Made by a program: the position numbers and the translations under genes
Part shown: positions 46,201 to 55,863 of the stretch, piece after piece
Position numbering within the stretch: the stretch's first letter is position 1
Layout of the letters: each line of letters begins with the position of its first letter
The notes under the pieces: model-generated
The model's database searches: none
What the model was told of the DNA's origin: nothing
Seen by the model: the letters and a program-made list of their open reading frames with translations, nothing else
Origin: an uncultured Chloroflexia bacterium
GTDB lineage: Bacteria; Chloroflexota; Anaerolineae; CG2-30-64-16
Assembly: GCA_963774265.1 (NCBI GenBank)
Contig: CAVZDU010000001.1
Location: forward strand, 160,001-224,000
Direction: 5' to 3'
Length of the DNA stretch: 64,000 nt

Positions 46201-47428
46201 CTATGCCCAGGAGGCCTGCACGGGGATGACCTGCGTCTGGAGCTGGCAGAAGCTGCTGGACAGCCACGGCCGCGCGATCTACGCGGAGCAGCCACGGCTG
46301 ACCATCGACAAGCTCGACCGTCCCACCATCACCTACCGGGCTCTGGGCCTCGGCCCCGACCCGGCGGCCAGCCAGCATGCGTACCCGGAGGACACGGCCG
46401 GCGTGATCGCCCACACGGGTGACCTGGCCCAGGTGGAGCTGCCGGCGGTCACGGCGGGCCCGGCCGTTGAGGCCTCTGCAAGACCTCGCAGGTCTTACGG
46501 AGAGGCAAACGTCGGCCGTCAGCCCCAGCTACCTGACGGCGGACGGCGCGGTGAACTGGGAACCGCTGGCGGCGTACGATGCGCTCAGCGATAGCACAAT
46601 TGCGCTGGCCGTGCGCGGTGCAGCGCCGGCGGGTGCGGCGAGCCTGGCCGCGCAACTGCAAAAGACCAACACCGCGCAGGCGCTGGCCGCCGGGGAGCCG
46701 ATTGTGGCGGCCAATGTGGCGCGGCTGCCCGACTTCGCCGTGGTGACGGCCACGGTCTCGTCACGCTACCCGGCGCCGGGCCAGCCGCTGACGCTGACGG
46801 TTGCGCTGCGCAACGATGGCGTGGGCTGGCAGGGCGCCTCGGGCCAGCCCCTGGACCTGGCCGCCACGTGGGATGGCGGACCGGGCCTGGGCGCCACGGC
46901 CGCCTCCACAACCGTGGCCACGTTGGCTGCCGGTGAGGTTGTGACCCTCACCCTGCCGTTGACAACGCCACCGCCGGTCTCGCCGGGCGCGCCCGCCGCG
47001 TCTTACGCCGCACCGCACACATTGACCGTGACCGCCAACCCGAACCAGGCCGCGGCCGAGCGTAACGGGGCGAACAACGACGTCACGCTGCCCGTCGGCG
47101 GCCTGCCAATCCCGGAGGCGCTGACGGCTGCTGCGACGGGCAAAGGCGCAGTCCTCCTGCAGTGGATGGCGCCACCGGCGGGCGCTGTCGCCGGCTACCG
47201 CGTCTACCGCTCTGCCGACGGCGGTCCCAGCCTGCCGGCCGGCAGCAGCTTCGTCACCGGGTGGGTGGACGTGACGGCACAACCCGGCCACCGCTACCGG
47301 TACACTGTCGTCAGCTACGCCGCGAACGGACTGGAGGGGGAGCCAAGCGCAGGAGCTGAGGCGAGCACGCCGCGGGATTCCGACCGCATCTTCCTGCCGC
47401 TGGTGGAGCGGGGACGCTAAGCCGAACT

Positions 47429-47570
47429 TCAGTCTCGCGTTGTTCCGACCCCGATTGGTTGAAACCTGCTGTTGAGGATCACCTGGACGTCCACCCCGCG
47501 GTTGCGGGCCTGGATGAGCGCATCGACGACGCTGTCTTCGTGCTCGCCGGTCATTTCGCCGATGCGGAAT
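47429..47570 (-). pseudogene. Short PLD-like (phospholipase D/nuclease) fragment
   Basis: SVVDALIQARNRGVDVQVIL motif only; no HKD. Confidence 0.35.
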
Positions 47571-47610
47571 AGGCGTGGATTGAAAGCTCCAAGATAATAG
47601 CACAGCCCTG

Positions 47611-48743
47611 CTATAGCCACTTCCGATACACGCGATACCGTTTGTAAATCCGGCACCCTAGGTGCGCGGCCAGCTCCGGCGTGCGCGGGTTGTCGTCGGA
47701 CGTCAGCGACAGATCGGCCCAGCGGTAACCCCTGGCGGTCGCGCGGCGCGCCATCTCGTCGAAGAGCAGCACGGCCACCCCCGTGTCCCAGTGTTCAGGC
47801 AGCACCAGCACGCTCTTGATGGCGATGCACGCGACCGGCCGGCGCAGGCGCCACAGGAGCGGCAGGTATTGCCACGGATAGCGCAGCCCGCCGGCATGGA
47901 TGAAGGCCTCGTTGAGGTTCGGGATGCCGGGAAACCAGCCCACCGCTTCACCCCCGGTTGTCTCGGCAAACAGGATGAGCTCCGGGTCGGCGATCTCCTT
48001 GAATGGCGCCAGCAGCGCGTCCAGGGCCGACCGCTCCCACGGGATGAAGCCGGGGAGGTGCGCCAGGCACCGGTTCATCAGCGTAAGGATCCGCCCGGTC
48101 TCCTCCTCCCAGTTCGCCAGGTCGGCCCTGCGCACGCGGTAGCGGCCGCGGCCGCGCACCCGCTCGGCCAGCCGGGCCAGCCGCTGCATAGGAGGCGTCG
48201 CCAGGTCCAGGTCGATCGCGAACGCCAGGTTATCCCCCGCGCGGGCTCGAAACCGCACGACTCGAAGAACCCCTGGTAGTAGGGAGGCGTGTGGCCGCAC
48301 AGGATGGCCGGCGGCCGGTCGCGGCCCTCGATCAGCACGCCATACGCATCCTCGTAGTCCAGGTTGAACGGGCCGTGCAGGGCGTCGAGCTTGCGGCCCC
48401 GCGCCCACGCCGTGGCATGGTCGAACAGCGCCCGCGCCACCGTCTCGTCCTCCACGCACTCGAAGAAACCGATGACCGCGTCCTTCCACGGATGCGCCGC
48501 GTGGCTGGCCCGATCCTCCGCGCAGCAGATCGTGCCCACCGGCTCGCGGCCCCGCCAGGCGATGAAAAACTCGGCATCACCCCGCTCGAACCATGCCCCG
48601 CGGCGCGGGTCGATCACCTTCTCCCGCTCGGGCAGCAGCGGCGGTACCCAAAGGGGATCGCCGCGGTAAATCCGCCACGGAAAAGTGAGAAACGTGCGCC
48701 GCTCCCGCGCGCTCGCCACCGGCCGTATTACAACCTCACTCAT
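47611..48743 (-). CDS. YghO/bacterial ceramide-synthase-like GNAT acyltransferase; frameshift near 48235
   Basis: FLTFPWRIYRGDPLWVPPLL.E, GFFEC, GPFN, PPYY, P.LN, KRYRVYRK. Confidence 0.7.
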
Positions 48744-50093
48744 GATGACGAAGCCTTGCGCCGCGACTCCAGCTCCGCCGCGATCTCCGAATACCCTTCG
48801 CGGCCCAGGGGATACACCAGCGCGAAGAGGATCCCGGCGCAGAGCAGGACCGCGGGAATGGGCCCCGCGACGATGCGGATGCCCAGCAGCGCGGCGTCCG
48901 GCTGGACGGCATTGGCCGCGTTGTAACCGGTGAACTTGAGCACCAGCAGCGCCAGCGGCACCGCGACCGAGCTGGCGATCTTCTGCGCCAGCGTGACCAG
49001 GCTGTAGAACATCCCCTCGTGGCGCTCGCCGGTCCGGTATTCGCCCCACTCGATCGCGTCGGGGATGATCGACCAGGGCAGGACGTGCGCGGCCGAGACG
49101 CCGATGCCGGCCAGCACGCACAGCGTGATAATGATGGGCAGGCCGGCCCCCGCGCCGACCGCGGCCAGGACGATCTGCACGACGGCCCAGAACGAAATAC
49201 CAGCGATGTAGGCCAGCCGCTTGTTCAGCCGCCGCGAGGCCCACTGCCACAGCGGCAGCGCACAGATAGCCACCACGAAGATCGTCCCCATGATCATGTC
49301 GCTCTGCGCCTCGCGCCGGAGCACATATTTAATGAAGAACAAGAGGATCGTCTGCAGGATGTCCATTGCCATCCAGGTGAACAGGTAGATGCCGGCGCTG
49401 AAGAGAAAGGGCCGGTTGCCGAGCGCCGCCCGGACCGAGTCCTTCAGGCCCGGCTGCGCCTGCTGCATCAGCTCCGGCCGCTTCGCGCGTGGTGAAAAAG
49501 ACCAGCAGCAGTGGGAGCGCGGATGCCAGGCCGAACGCGACCGCCATCAGCAGCACCCGGCCCGCGTTCTCCGGCCGGAAGCTGCCGACGATCATCAGCG
49601 GGACGGTGAACGCGACCAGGCTGCCCGCGATCGAGAAGAACATGCGGGTGGCGGTGAGGCTGGTGCGCTCGTCGTAATCGGGGGTGAGTTCGGGCGTGAG
49701 CGCGAAGTAAGGCATGTAGACGAAGGTGGCCGCGATGTCGAAAAACACATAGGCGGCCGCGTAATAGATGGCCAGGCCCAGGTCCCCCTGCAGCGGGGGG
49801 CGCCACCACAGCAGCATGAACGCCAGCGCAAACGGCAGGCTGCCGAACAGCAGGAACGGCCGGCGCCGGCCCCAGCGCGTGCGCGTACGGTCCGAGATGT
49901 AACCGATCAGGGGGTCGTTGATATAGTCCGACGAGCGGCCGATAAAGATGGCCGCGGCCGCGATCGCCGGATCGACGCGCACCACATCGGTGAGAAAGAT
50001 GGCGAAGTAGGCACTGACGATGGTCAGGGTCAGGCTGAAACCGGTGTCGCCTGAGCCGTAGATCCAGCGCTGCGAGCGCGAGAGTCTTTGCAT
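48740..50093 (-). CDS. MFS_2 / GPH-family (MelB-like) symporter; frameshift near 49480
   Basis: YGSGD.G, DYINDPLIG..SDRTRTRWGRRRPFLL, ALTPELT.DY.ERT.L, PDAIE...TGER.EGMFY. Confidence 0.9.
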
Positions 50094-50202
50094 GGCGCGC
50101 CTCAAAACCGGGGATAAACGCGTAACAAATGGCTTGCGCGGTATGGTAAGTCACAAGACGAAGGAGCACAACTTGAGGCCGGTCCAAAGTCACTTCGTCA
50201 CG

Positions 50203-50231
50203 TTGACACCATGTGGAAGTGATAGGATAAT
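50203..50231 (+). promoter_or_regulatory. Sigma70-type promoter of the ferredoxin/oxidoreductase/multiheme operon
   Basis: TTGACA-N17-GATAAT. Confidence 0.6.
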
Positions 50232-50261
50232 TGCGCGACCAATCGCGTGGATGGAGGCCGC

Positions 50262-50510
50262 ATGCCCCTCTTCGACCTGTTCCGCCGTGACCGCGCCCGC
50301 CGGCAGGCCGCCGTGTCAGCGCAGGTCGTGCCTGAACAAGGCCGCTGCGTCCAGTGCGGCATCTGCTCGTTCTACTGCCCGATCAACATCGACGTCCGCC
50401 TGCACGCCTGGGAGGGTGCACCCGTGGTGGAAAGCTACTGCCTGACCTGTGGCGAGTGCGTTACGCGCTGTCCGCGCGGTGTCCTTCACTTCGAGCGCTC
50501 GGCGCCATAG
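50262..50510 (+). CDS. 2x[4Fe-4S] ferredoxin
   Basis: CVQCGICSFYCP and CLTCGECVTRCP; SD GGAGG. Confidence 0.9.
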   Translation: MPLFDLFRRDRARRQAAVSAQVVPEQGRCVQCGICSFYCPINIDVRLHAWEGAPVVESYCLTCGECVTRCPRGVLHFERSAP

Positions 50511-50546
50511 AGCGCCTGCGGGCGGCGCCTCCACGAAGGAGCACCC

Positions 50547-51854
50547 ATGCCAACTCGTTACCTCATCATCGGCGCCGGCGTCGCGGCGGTGGCTGCCGCG
50601 GAAGCGATCCGCCAGGCGGATCGCAGTGGTGAGCTCACGCTGCTTTCCGACGATCCCAACGGCTACTATTCACGACCCGGACTCGCCTATTACCTGACCG
50701 GCGAGGTCAACCGGTCGCTCCTCTTCCCCTTTAAGGAAGCCGCCTGGGATCGGCTCCCCGCGCGCCGTGTGCTCGGTCGCGCCGCGAGCATCAACCCCGC
50801 GGCGCACCGCGTCACCCTGGTTGACGGCGCGACGCTCCCGTACGACCGTCTGCTCGTCGCCACTGGTGCGTCGGCCGTGCAACCTGTGCTCCCAGGCATC
50901 GATCTGCCCGAAGTGGTCAAGCTGGACAATCTGGAAGATGCGGATCGGATGATTGCGATCGCGGCCAAGGCGCGCGCCGCGGTTGTGGTGGGCGGCGGCA
51001 TCACCGCGTTGGAGATCGTGGAAGGGCTGCGCAACCGCTGCCGGCGCATCCACTATTTGCTGCGCGGGGATCGCTATTGGGGCAATGTGCTGGACGAGGA
51101 GGAATCGAAGCTGGTCATGTCACGCCTGACGCATGAAGACATCCGGCTCCACACCCGTACCGAGCTGGCCGCGATTGAAGGCACTGGCGGCCATGTCTCC
51201 GCCGTTCTGACGACGGGAGGTGAGCGCATCCCGTGTGGCATGGTGGCAGTCGCCATTGGCGTCAGCCCGCGCGCCGAACTGGCGCGCGCGGCGGGACTGC
51301 CCCTCGACCGCGGCATCCTGGTCGACCAATACCTCGCAGCAGGCCTGCCCGATGTCTTCGCGGCAGGCGACGTAGCCCAGGTGCATGACCCGCGGTCAGG
51401 CAGGGCAATCCTGGACACGCTCTGGAACTCCGCGCGCGGCCAGGGGACCGTCGCCGGCCGCAACATGACGGGCGCGAATGAGCGTTATGTGAAGACGACG
51501 GCGCTGAACGTCACCCGCCTGGCGGGCCTGACTACCACCATCATCGGGGCCGTGGGTTCGGGCCGTGATGCCGACCTGGTGGGCATCGCTCGCGGCGACA
51601 GCGAGGCGTGGCGCCAACTGGGCGACGCGCTGGTTGCCGAGGATCATCATGAGGTCAACCGCCTGCGCCTGTTGGTCGGACCTACAACGCTCGTGGGAGC
51701 AGTGGTCATGGGCGATCAGACACCCTCGCGGCCATTGCAGCGGCTGATCGCCGATGGTGTTGATATCACGCCCGTACGCAGCCGCCTGCTTGCGCCGCGC
51801 GCGCCGCTGGCCCAGATCATCACGGAGTTCGCCCATGCGACCCAGCGCGCGTGA
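50547..51854 (+). CDS. NAD(P)/FAD-dependent oxidoreductase (NirB N-terminal/rubredoxin-reductase-like)
   Basis: IIGAGVAA, YDRLLVATG, VVVGGGITALE, VFAAGDVA. Confidence 0.88.
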   Translation: MPTRYLIIGAGVAAVAAAEAIRQADRSGELTLLSDDPNGYYSRPGLAYYLTGEVNRSLLFPFKEAAWDRLPARRVLGRAASINPAAHRVTLVDGATLPYDRLLVATGASAVQPVLPGIDLPEVVKLDNLEDADRMIAIAAKARAAVVVGGGITALEIVEGLRNRCRRIHYLLRGDRYWGNVLDEEESKLVMSRLTHEDIRLHTRTELAAIEGTGGHVSAVLTTGGERIPCGMVAVAIGVSPRAELARAAGLPLDRGILVDQYLAAGLPDVFAAGDVAQVHDPRSGRAILDTLWNSARGQGTVAGRNMTGANERYVKTTALNVTRLAGLTTTIIGAVGSGRDADLVGIARGDSEAWRQLGDALVAEDHHEVNRLRLLVGPTTLVGAVVMGDQTPSRPLQRLIADGVDITPVRSRLLAPRAPLAQIITEFAHATQRA

Positions 51855-52494
51855 ATTGTGGTGGGCGCTCGCGATCATCGCAGGCGTCACGGCTGTCTAC
51901 CTGCTTGCCGTCCGCGGTCTCGGCCTCGATGCGAAATCGCGGGGCCTGCTGGGCCACGGTATCGGCATCCTTGGGTTCGTATTGATGCTGATGACGGAGA
52001 CCCTCTACTCTCTGCGCAAGCGCTCGCGACAGGCGCGCTGGGGTCGCACGGCGAACTGGCTGCGCTTTCACATCGTGACCGGCCTGGTTGGCCCGTACAT
52101 GGTGCTGCTCCACGCCGCGTGGCGTTATAACGGCCTGGCAGGGCTGGTCACGCTGATGACAATCATCGTCGTGATCAGCGGGTTTGTCGGCCGCTACATC
52201 TATACGCGGGTGCCCCGCAATGCCGACGGGCTGATGCTGGAGGCCGGAGAATTGCAGGCGCAGATCCAGGCGGCCGTCCTGGCGCTAGCTCAGGGGGATC
52301 AGTTGCAGGCGGCTGAAGTCCAACGGCTGACCGCCCGGCGTCGACTGCTTGAACGACAGGCCGCGTCCCTGGTCACCGTCCGCCGCACGATGGGCGTCTG
52401 GACCTCCGTTCATATCCCGATCGGCGTAGCACTGTTTACCGCGGCGTTCGTGCATGTGGGCGCCGCGCTCTACTACGCCACACTGCTACACTAG
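51835..52494 (+). CDS. Integral membrane protein with paired His residues (putative b-type cytochrome)
   Basis: About 5 TM helices; YSLRKR, WLRFHIVTGLVGPYMVLLH and WTSVHIPIGVALFTAAFVH. Confidence 0.6.
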   Translation: MRPSARELWWALAIIAGVTAVYLLAVRGLGLDAKSRGLLGHGIGILGFVLMLMTETLYSLRKRSRQARWGRTANWLRFHIVTGLVGPYMVLLHAAWRYNGLAGLVTLMTIIVVISGFVGRYIYTRVPRNADGLMLEAGELQAQIQAAVLALAQGDQLQAAEVQRLTARRRLLERQAASLVTVRRTMGVWTSVHIPIGVALFTAAFVHVGAALYYATLLH

Positions 52495-52520
52495 ACCGCA
52501 GACCGCGGCAGGCATCAACG

Positions 52521-53963
52521 ATGAACCGACGTCTCGGCTGTCTCACCGGCGGGGGCTTGCTGGCTGCCGGAGTCACGCTCGCCCTGGTGCTGGCGTTCTT
52601 CCTGGCGACCGGCGGCCGCATGTTTAGTCCAGGGCCGCTCAATGTGCTGGGCAATGAACCGCTCGGCCAGGTCCGCTCCCACGCGGAGACGGGCGGCCGC
52701 TGCCAGGCCTGTCACACGTCGCCCTGGTCAAGGATCACCCTGTCCGATCGCTGCCTGGCGTGCCACACATCGGTTGCCGACCAGCTGCAAACCGGCAAGG
52801 GCCTTCACGCAGGGATGCTGAGACAGGACGCCGCGATCGACTGTCGCGACTGCCACACCGAGCATCGGGGGCCAACCGGTGCGCTCACCGAGATCGATGC
52901 GGCTACGTTCCCCCATGCAGCAACAGGCTATGCACTCACCGGCCATCAGAAGATGACCGACGGCCGCGCCTTCGTGTGCAGCGACTGCCACACAGGCGCC
53001 ACCTTCGAATTCGCCGTCGCCGCCTGCACCGACTGCCACCGGCAGCTCGATGCGGCGACTATGACAACCCACATTGCGGATTTCAGTGATGCCTGTCTCG
53101 GGTGTCACGACGGCGCGGACCGGTATAGCCGCAATCGTTTCGATCACAACGCGCTCGCTTTTCCGCTGCAGGGCAAGCATGCGCAAGCCGGGTGCGGCCA
53201 GTGTCATACTGGCGCGGCCACGGTCGAGGACCTGCAAGGCACGCGCAACACGTGCGTGGATTGCCACCTGAAGGACGACACGCACAAGGGACAGTTCGGG
53301 ACGGATTGCGCGGGGTGCCACAACACGACCGCCTGGCCCGACGCGACCGTCGATCATGGTCAGACGGCGTTCCCGCTGACCGGCAAACACACGGGCGTCC
53401 AGTGCCAGGACTGTCACAAAAGTGGCGTGTTCAAGGGCACGTCACAGGCGTGCATGGATTGCCACGAGAAGGACGACGCGCACAAGGGGCAGTTCGGGGG
53501 GGATTGCGCGGGGTGCCACAACACGACCGCCTGGCCCGACGCGACCTTCGATCATGGTCAGACGGCATTCCCGCTGACCGGCAAACACACGGGCATCCAG
53601 TGCCAGGACTGTCACAAAAGTGGCGTGTTCAAGGGGACCGATACAGACTGCGTTTCCTGCCATGCCGACCCCGCTTTTCACCGCGGCGTCTTCGGGACGA
53701 CGTGCGCAGACTGCCACACCGCGCTGGGCTGGACGCCGGCGACCTTCAACCTGCGCCACACTTTCCCCATCGACCACGGCGAAGAGGGACCTGCGGCGTG
53801 CCGCGCCTGTCACCCCGACAGCATCTCAGCCTACACTTGCTACGGCTGCCACGAACACAACCCGGTCGAGATCGCCGCGAAGCACGCGGAAGAGGCGCCG
53901 GGCGACATCTCGAACTGCGTGAAGTGCCACCCCACGGGGCAGAAGGAAGAGGGAGGTGATTGA
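52521..53963 (+). CDS. Membrane-anchored multiheme c-type cytochrome, 18 CxxCH motifs
   Basis: N-terminal TM then FSPGPL; 18 CxxCH counted; repeated (F/V)DH...FPL.GKH....C..CH units. Confidence 0.93.
   Translation: MNRRLGCLTGGGLLAAGVTLALVLAFFLATGGRMFSPGPLNVLGNEPLGQVRSHAETGGRCQACHTSPWSRITLSDRCLACHTSVADQLQTGKGLHAGMLRQDAAIDCRDCHTEHRGPTGALTEIDAATFPHAATGYALTGHQKMTDGRAFVCSDCHTGATFEFAVAACTDCHRQLDAATMTTHIADFSDACLGCHDGADRYSRNRFDHNALAFPLQGKHAQAGCGQCHTGAATVEDLQGTRNTCVDCHLKDDTHKGQFGTDCAGCHNTTAWPDATVDHGQTAFPLTGKHTGVQCQDCHKSGVFKGTSQACMDCHEKDDAHKGQFGGDCAGCHNTTAWPDATFDHGQTAFPLTGKHTGIQCQDCHKSGVFKGTDTDCVSCHADPAFHRGVFGTTCADCHTALGWTPATFNLRHTFPIDHGEEGPAACRACHPDSISAYTCYGCHEHNPVEIAAKHAEEAPGDISNCVKCHPTGQKEEGGD
53253..53648 (+). 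repeat. 198-bp tandem duplication (66 aa, 3 hemes per unit) inside the cytochrome gene
   Basis: Units start at 53253 and 53451 and are near-identical in DNA. Confidence 0.88.
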
Positions 53964-53990
53964 CGAGCGCTGATCGTCCCCTTCATCCCG

Positions 53991-54019
53991 TTGACGAGAC
54001 CCCCCGCTTGCGCTAGAAT
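53991..54019 (+). promoter_or_regulatory. Sigma70-type promoter of the amino-acid ABC genes
   Basis: TTGACG-N17-TAGAAT. Confidence 0.65.
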
Positions 54020-54076
54020 CTGGGTCAGCGTGTCAGCCAGGCGCGCCCAACTCGCGTTTACCAGGGGGAGATGGCC

Positions 54077-55762
54077 ATGCGTAAAGTTCTCACTCTCGCT
54101 TCGCTCGTGCTTGTTCTTGTCCTCGTGATCTCCGCGTGCAGCCCCGCGCCGGCGGCGACCACACCGGCCGCGGCCCCGACTGTTGCGCCCGCGCAGCCAC
54201 CTGCGACCGCTGCCCCCGGGACGAGTGCAACTGCTGAGGTGGCGCCCACGGCCGAGCCTCCACAGGCCGAGGTTGCCGCTGCTCCGCCCACCCTGCGCCT
54301 GCCCGATCTCAAGGGCCGCAAGGTGCGCGCGGTCACCGAAAACGCCTACACCCCGCTGAACTTCGTCGACCCGCTCACCGGCAAGGCAATCGGCTGGGAG
54401 TACGACGCGGTGAATGAGATTTGCCGCCGGTTGAACTGCACGGTGGAATGGGGCATCACCTCGTGGGACGCCATGATCCCCGCGGTCAAGGACGGGCAGT
54501 TCGACGTGGGCATGGACGGCATCACCATCAACGACGAGCGCAAGCAGCAGGTGGACTTCTCCGTGCCTTACATGGTGTCGCAGCAATTCATGCTAGTGCG
54601 CGCGGACGAGACCCGCTTCGCGACCGCCGCAGCGTTTGCGACCGACCCGAAGCTGCTGATTGGCTCGCAGGCGGGCACCACCAACTTTTATACCGCGGTG
54701 TACAGCGTGCTGGATGGCGACGAACAGAACCCGCGTATCAAGCTGTTCGAGACGTTCGGCGCGGCCGTGCAGGCCCTGCTGGGGGGCGATGTCGACACAG
54801 TCCTGATGGACAAAGCCTCGTCGGCGGGCTACATTGGCGCAAACCCGGACAAGCTCAAGATGCTCGACGAGGCGTTGGGGACCGAGCAGTTCGGGTTCAT
54901 CTTCACGCCCAAATCCGATCTGGTCGCGCCCTTCAACCAGGCCATCAACCAGATGAGGGCGGAAGGGTATCTCGACTATCTCAACAGCCGCTGGTTCTTC
55001 TTCACCGACCCGAACGGCGAGGATATGTATGACAAGCTGCCCGACCTGGCGGGCCGCACCGTCCGCGCGGTGACCGAGAACGCGTACACGCCACTCAACT
55101 TCGTGGATCCCGTCACGGGCAAGGCCGCGGGCTGGGAGTATGAGGTCACCGAGGAGATCTGCCGGCGCCTCAACTGCAAGGTGGAATGGGGCATCACATC
55201 GTGGGATGCGATGATCACGGCAGTGAAGGACGGCCAGTTCGACGTCGGCATGGATGGCATCACGATCACCGACGAGCGCAAAGGGCAGGTGGACTTCTCC
55301 GACCCCTATATACTATCGCAGCAGTTCATGCTGGTCCGCGCGGACGAGACCCGGTTCACCACCGCCGCGGCGTTCGCGGCAGACCCGAAGTTGTTGATTG
55401 GCTCGCAGGCGGGCACGACGAACTTCTACGTTGCCGTGTACAACGTACTGGACGGGGACGAGGCGAACCCGCGCATCAAGCTGTTCGAGACGTTCGGCGC
55501 CGCGGTGCAGGCGCTGCTGGGCGGCGATGTTGACATGGTGCTGATGGACGCTGCGTCCTCGCGCGGCTACATCGGCGCAAATCCTGACAAGCTTAAGGTG
55601 CTCGACGAGGCGTTGGGCACCGAGGAGTTCGGCTACATCTTCACGCCCAAGTCTGACCTGGTTGCACCATTCAACGCCGCCATCCAGACGTTGCAGGACG
55701 ACGGATTCCTCAACAAGATGAACATGCGCTGGTTCTACCTGTATAACGCGAGCGCGAAGTAG
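54077..55762 (+). CDS. Polar amino-acid ABC substrate-binding lipoprotein with two tandem SBP_bac_3 domains
   Basis: Lipobox ISAC; LPDL.GR.VRAVTENAYTPLNFVDP...GQFDVGMDGITI.DERK occurs twice. Confidence 0.9.
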   Translation: MRKVLTLASLVLVLVLVISACSPAPAATTPAAAPTVAPAQPPATAAPGTSATAEVAPTAEPPQAEVAAAPPTLRLPDLKGRKVRAVTENAYTPLNFVDPLTGKAIGWEYDAVNEICRRLNCTVEWGITSWDAMIPAVKDGQFDVGMDGITINDERKQQVDFSVPYMVSQQFMLVRADETRFATAAAFATDPKLLIGSQAGTTNFYTAVYSVLDGDEQNPRIKLFETFGAAVQALLGGDVDTVLMDKASSAGYIGANPDKLKMLDEALGTEQFGFIFTPKSDLVAPFNQAINQMRAEGYLDYLNSRWFFFTDPNGEDMYDKLPDLAGRTVRAVTENAYTPLNFVDPVTGKAAGWEYEVTEEICRRLNCKVEWGITSWDAMITAVKDGQFDVGMDGITITDERKGQVDFSDPYILSQQFMLVRADETRFTTAAAFAADPKLLIGSQAGTTNFYVAVYNVLDGDEANPRIKLFETFGAAVQALLGGDVDMVLMDAASSRGYIGANPDKLKVLDEALGTEEFGYIFTPKSDLVAPFNAAIQTLQDDGFLNKMNMRWFYLYNASAK

Positions 55763-55790
55763 AAAGCTCGAACGCCATTTCGGGACAATT

Positions 55791-55840
55791 GTAGAGACGT
55801 AGCATGCTAACTGTAGAGACGTAGCATGCTACGTCTCTAC
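55791..55840. repeat. GTAG-type REP palindrome (partial plus full copy)
   Basis: GTAGAGACGTAGCATGCTACGTCTCTAC, a 28-bp perfect palindrome at 55813-55840, preceded by a truncated copy. Confidence 0.85.
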
Positions 55841-55863
55841 AGTCCCAACCCCTTGGGGGTTTT

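Larger units (their letters stand above)
40708..47420 (+). pseudogene. Giant secreted multidomain protein (DNRLRE-like N-terminal domain, Ig-like, propeller-like, CARDB-like, FN3, C-terminal IFLPLV), interrupted by IS630 plus several frameshifts
   Basis: SD AGGAGG, signal peptide; ADATI...RALLRFDL...WTEMGVTWNNQP...WDVT; removing the IS rejoins ...SGAH-L-APGETFTVTG in frame. Confidence 0.75.
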
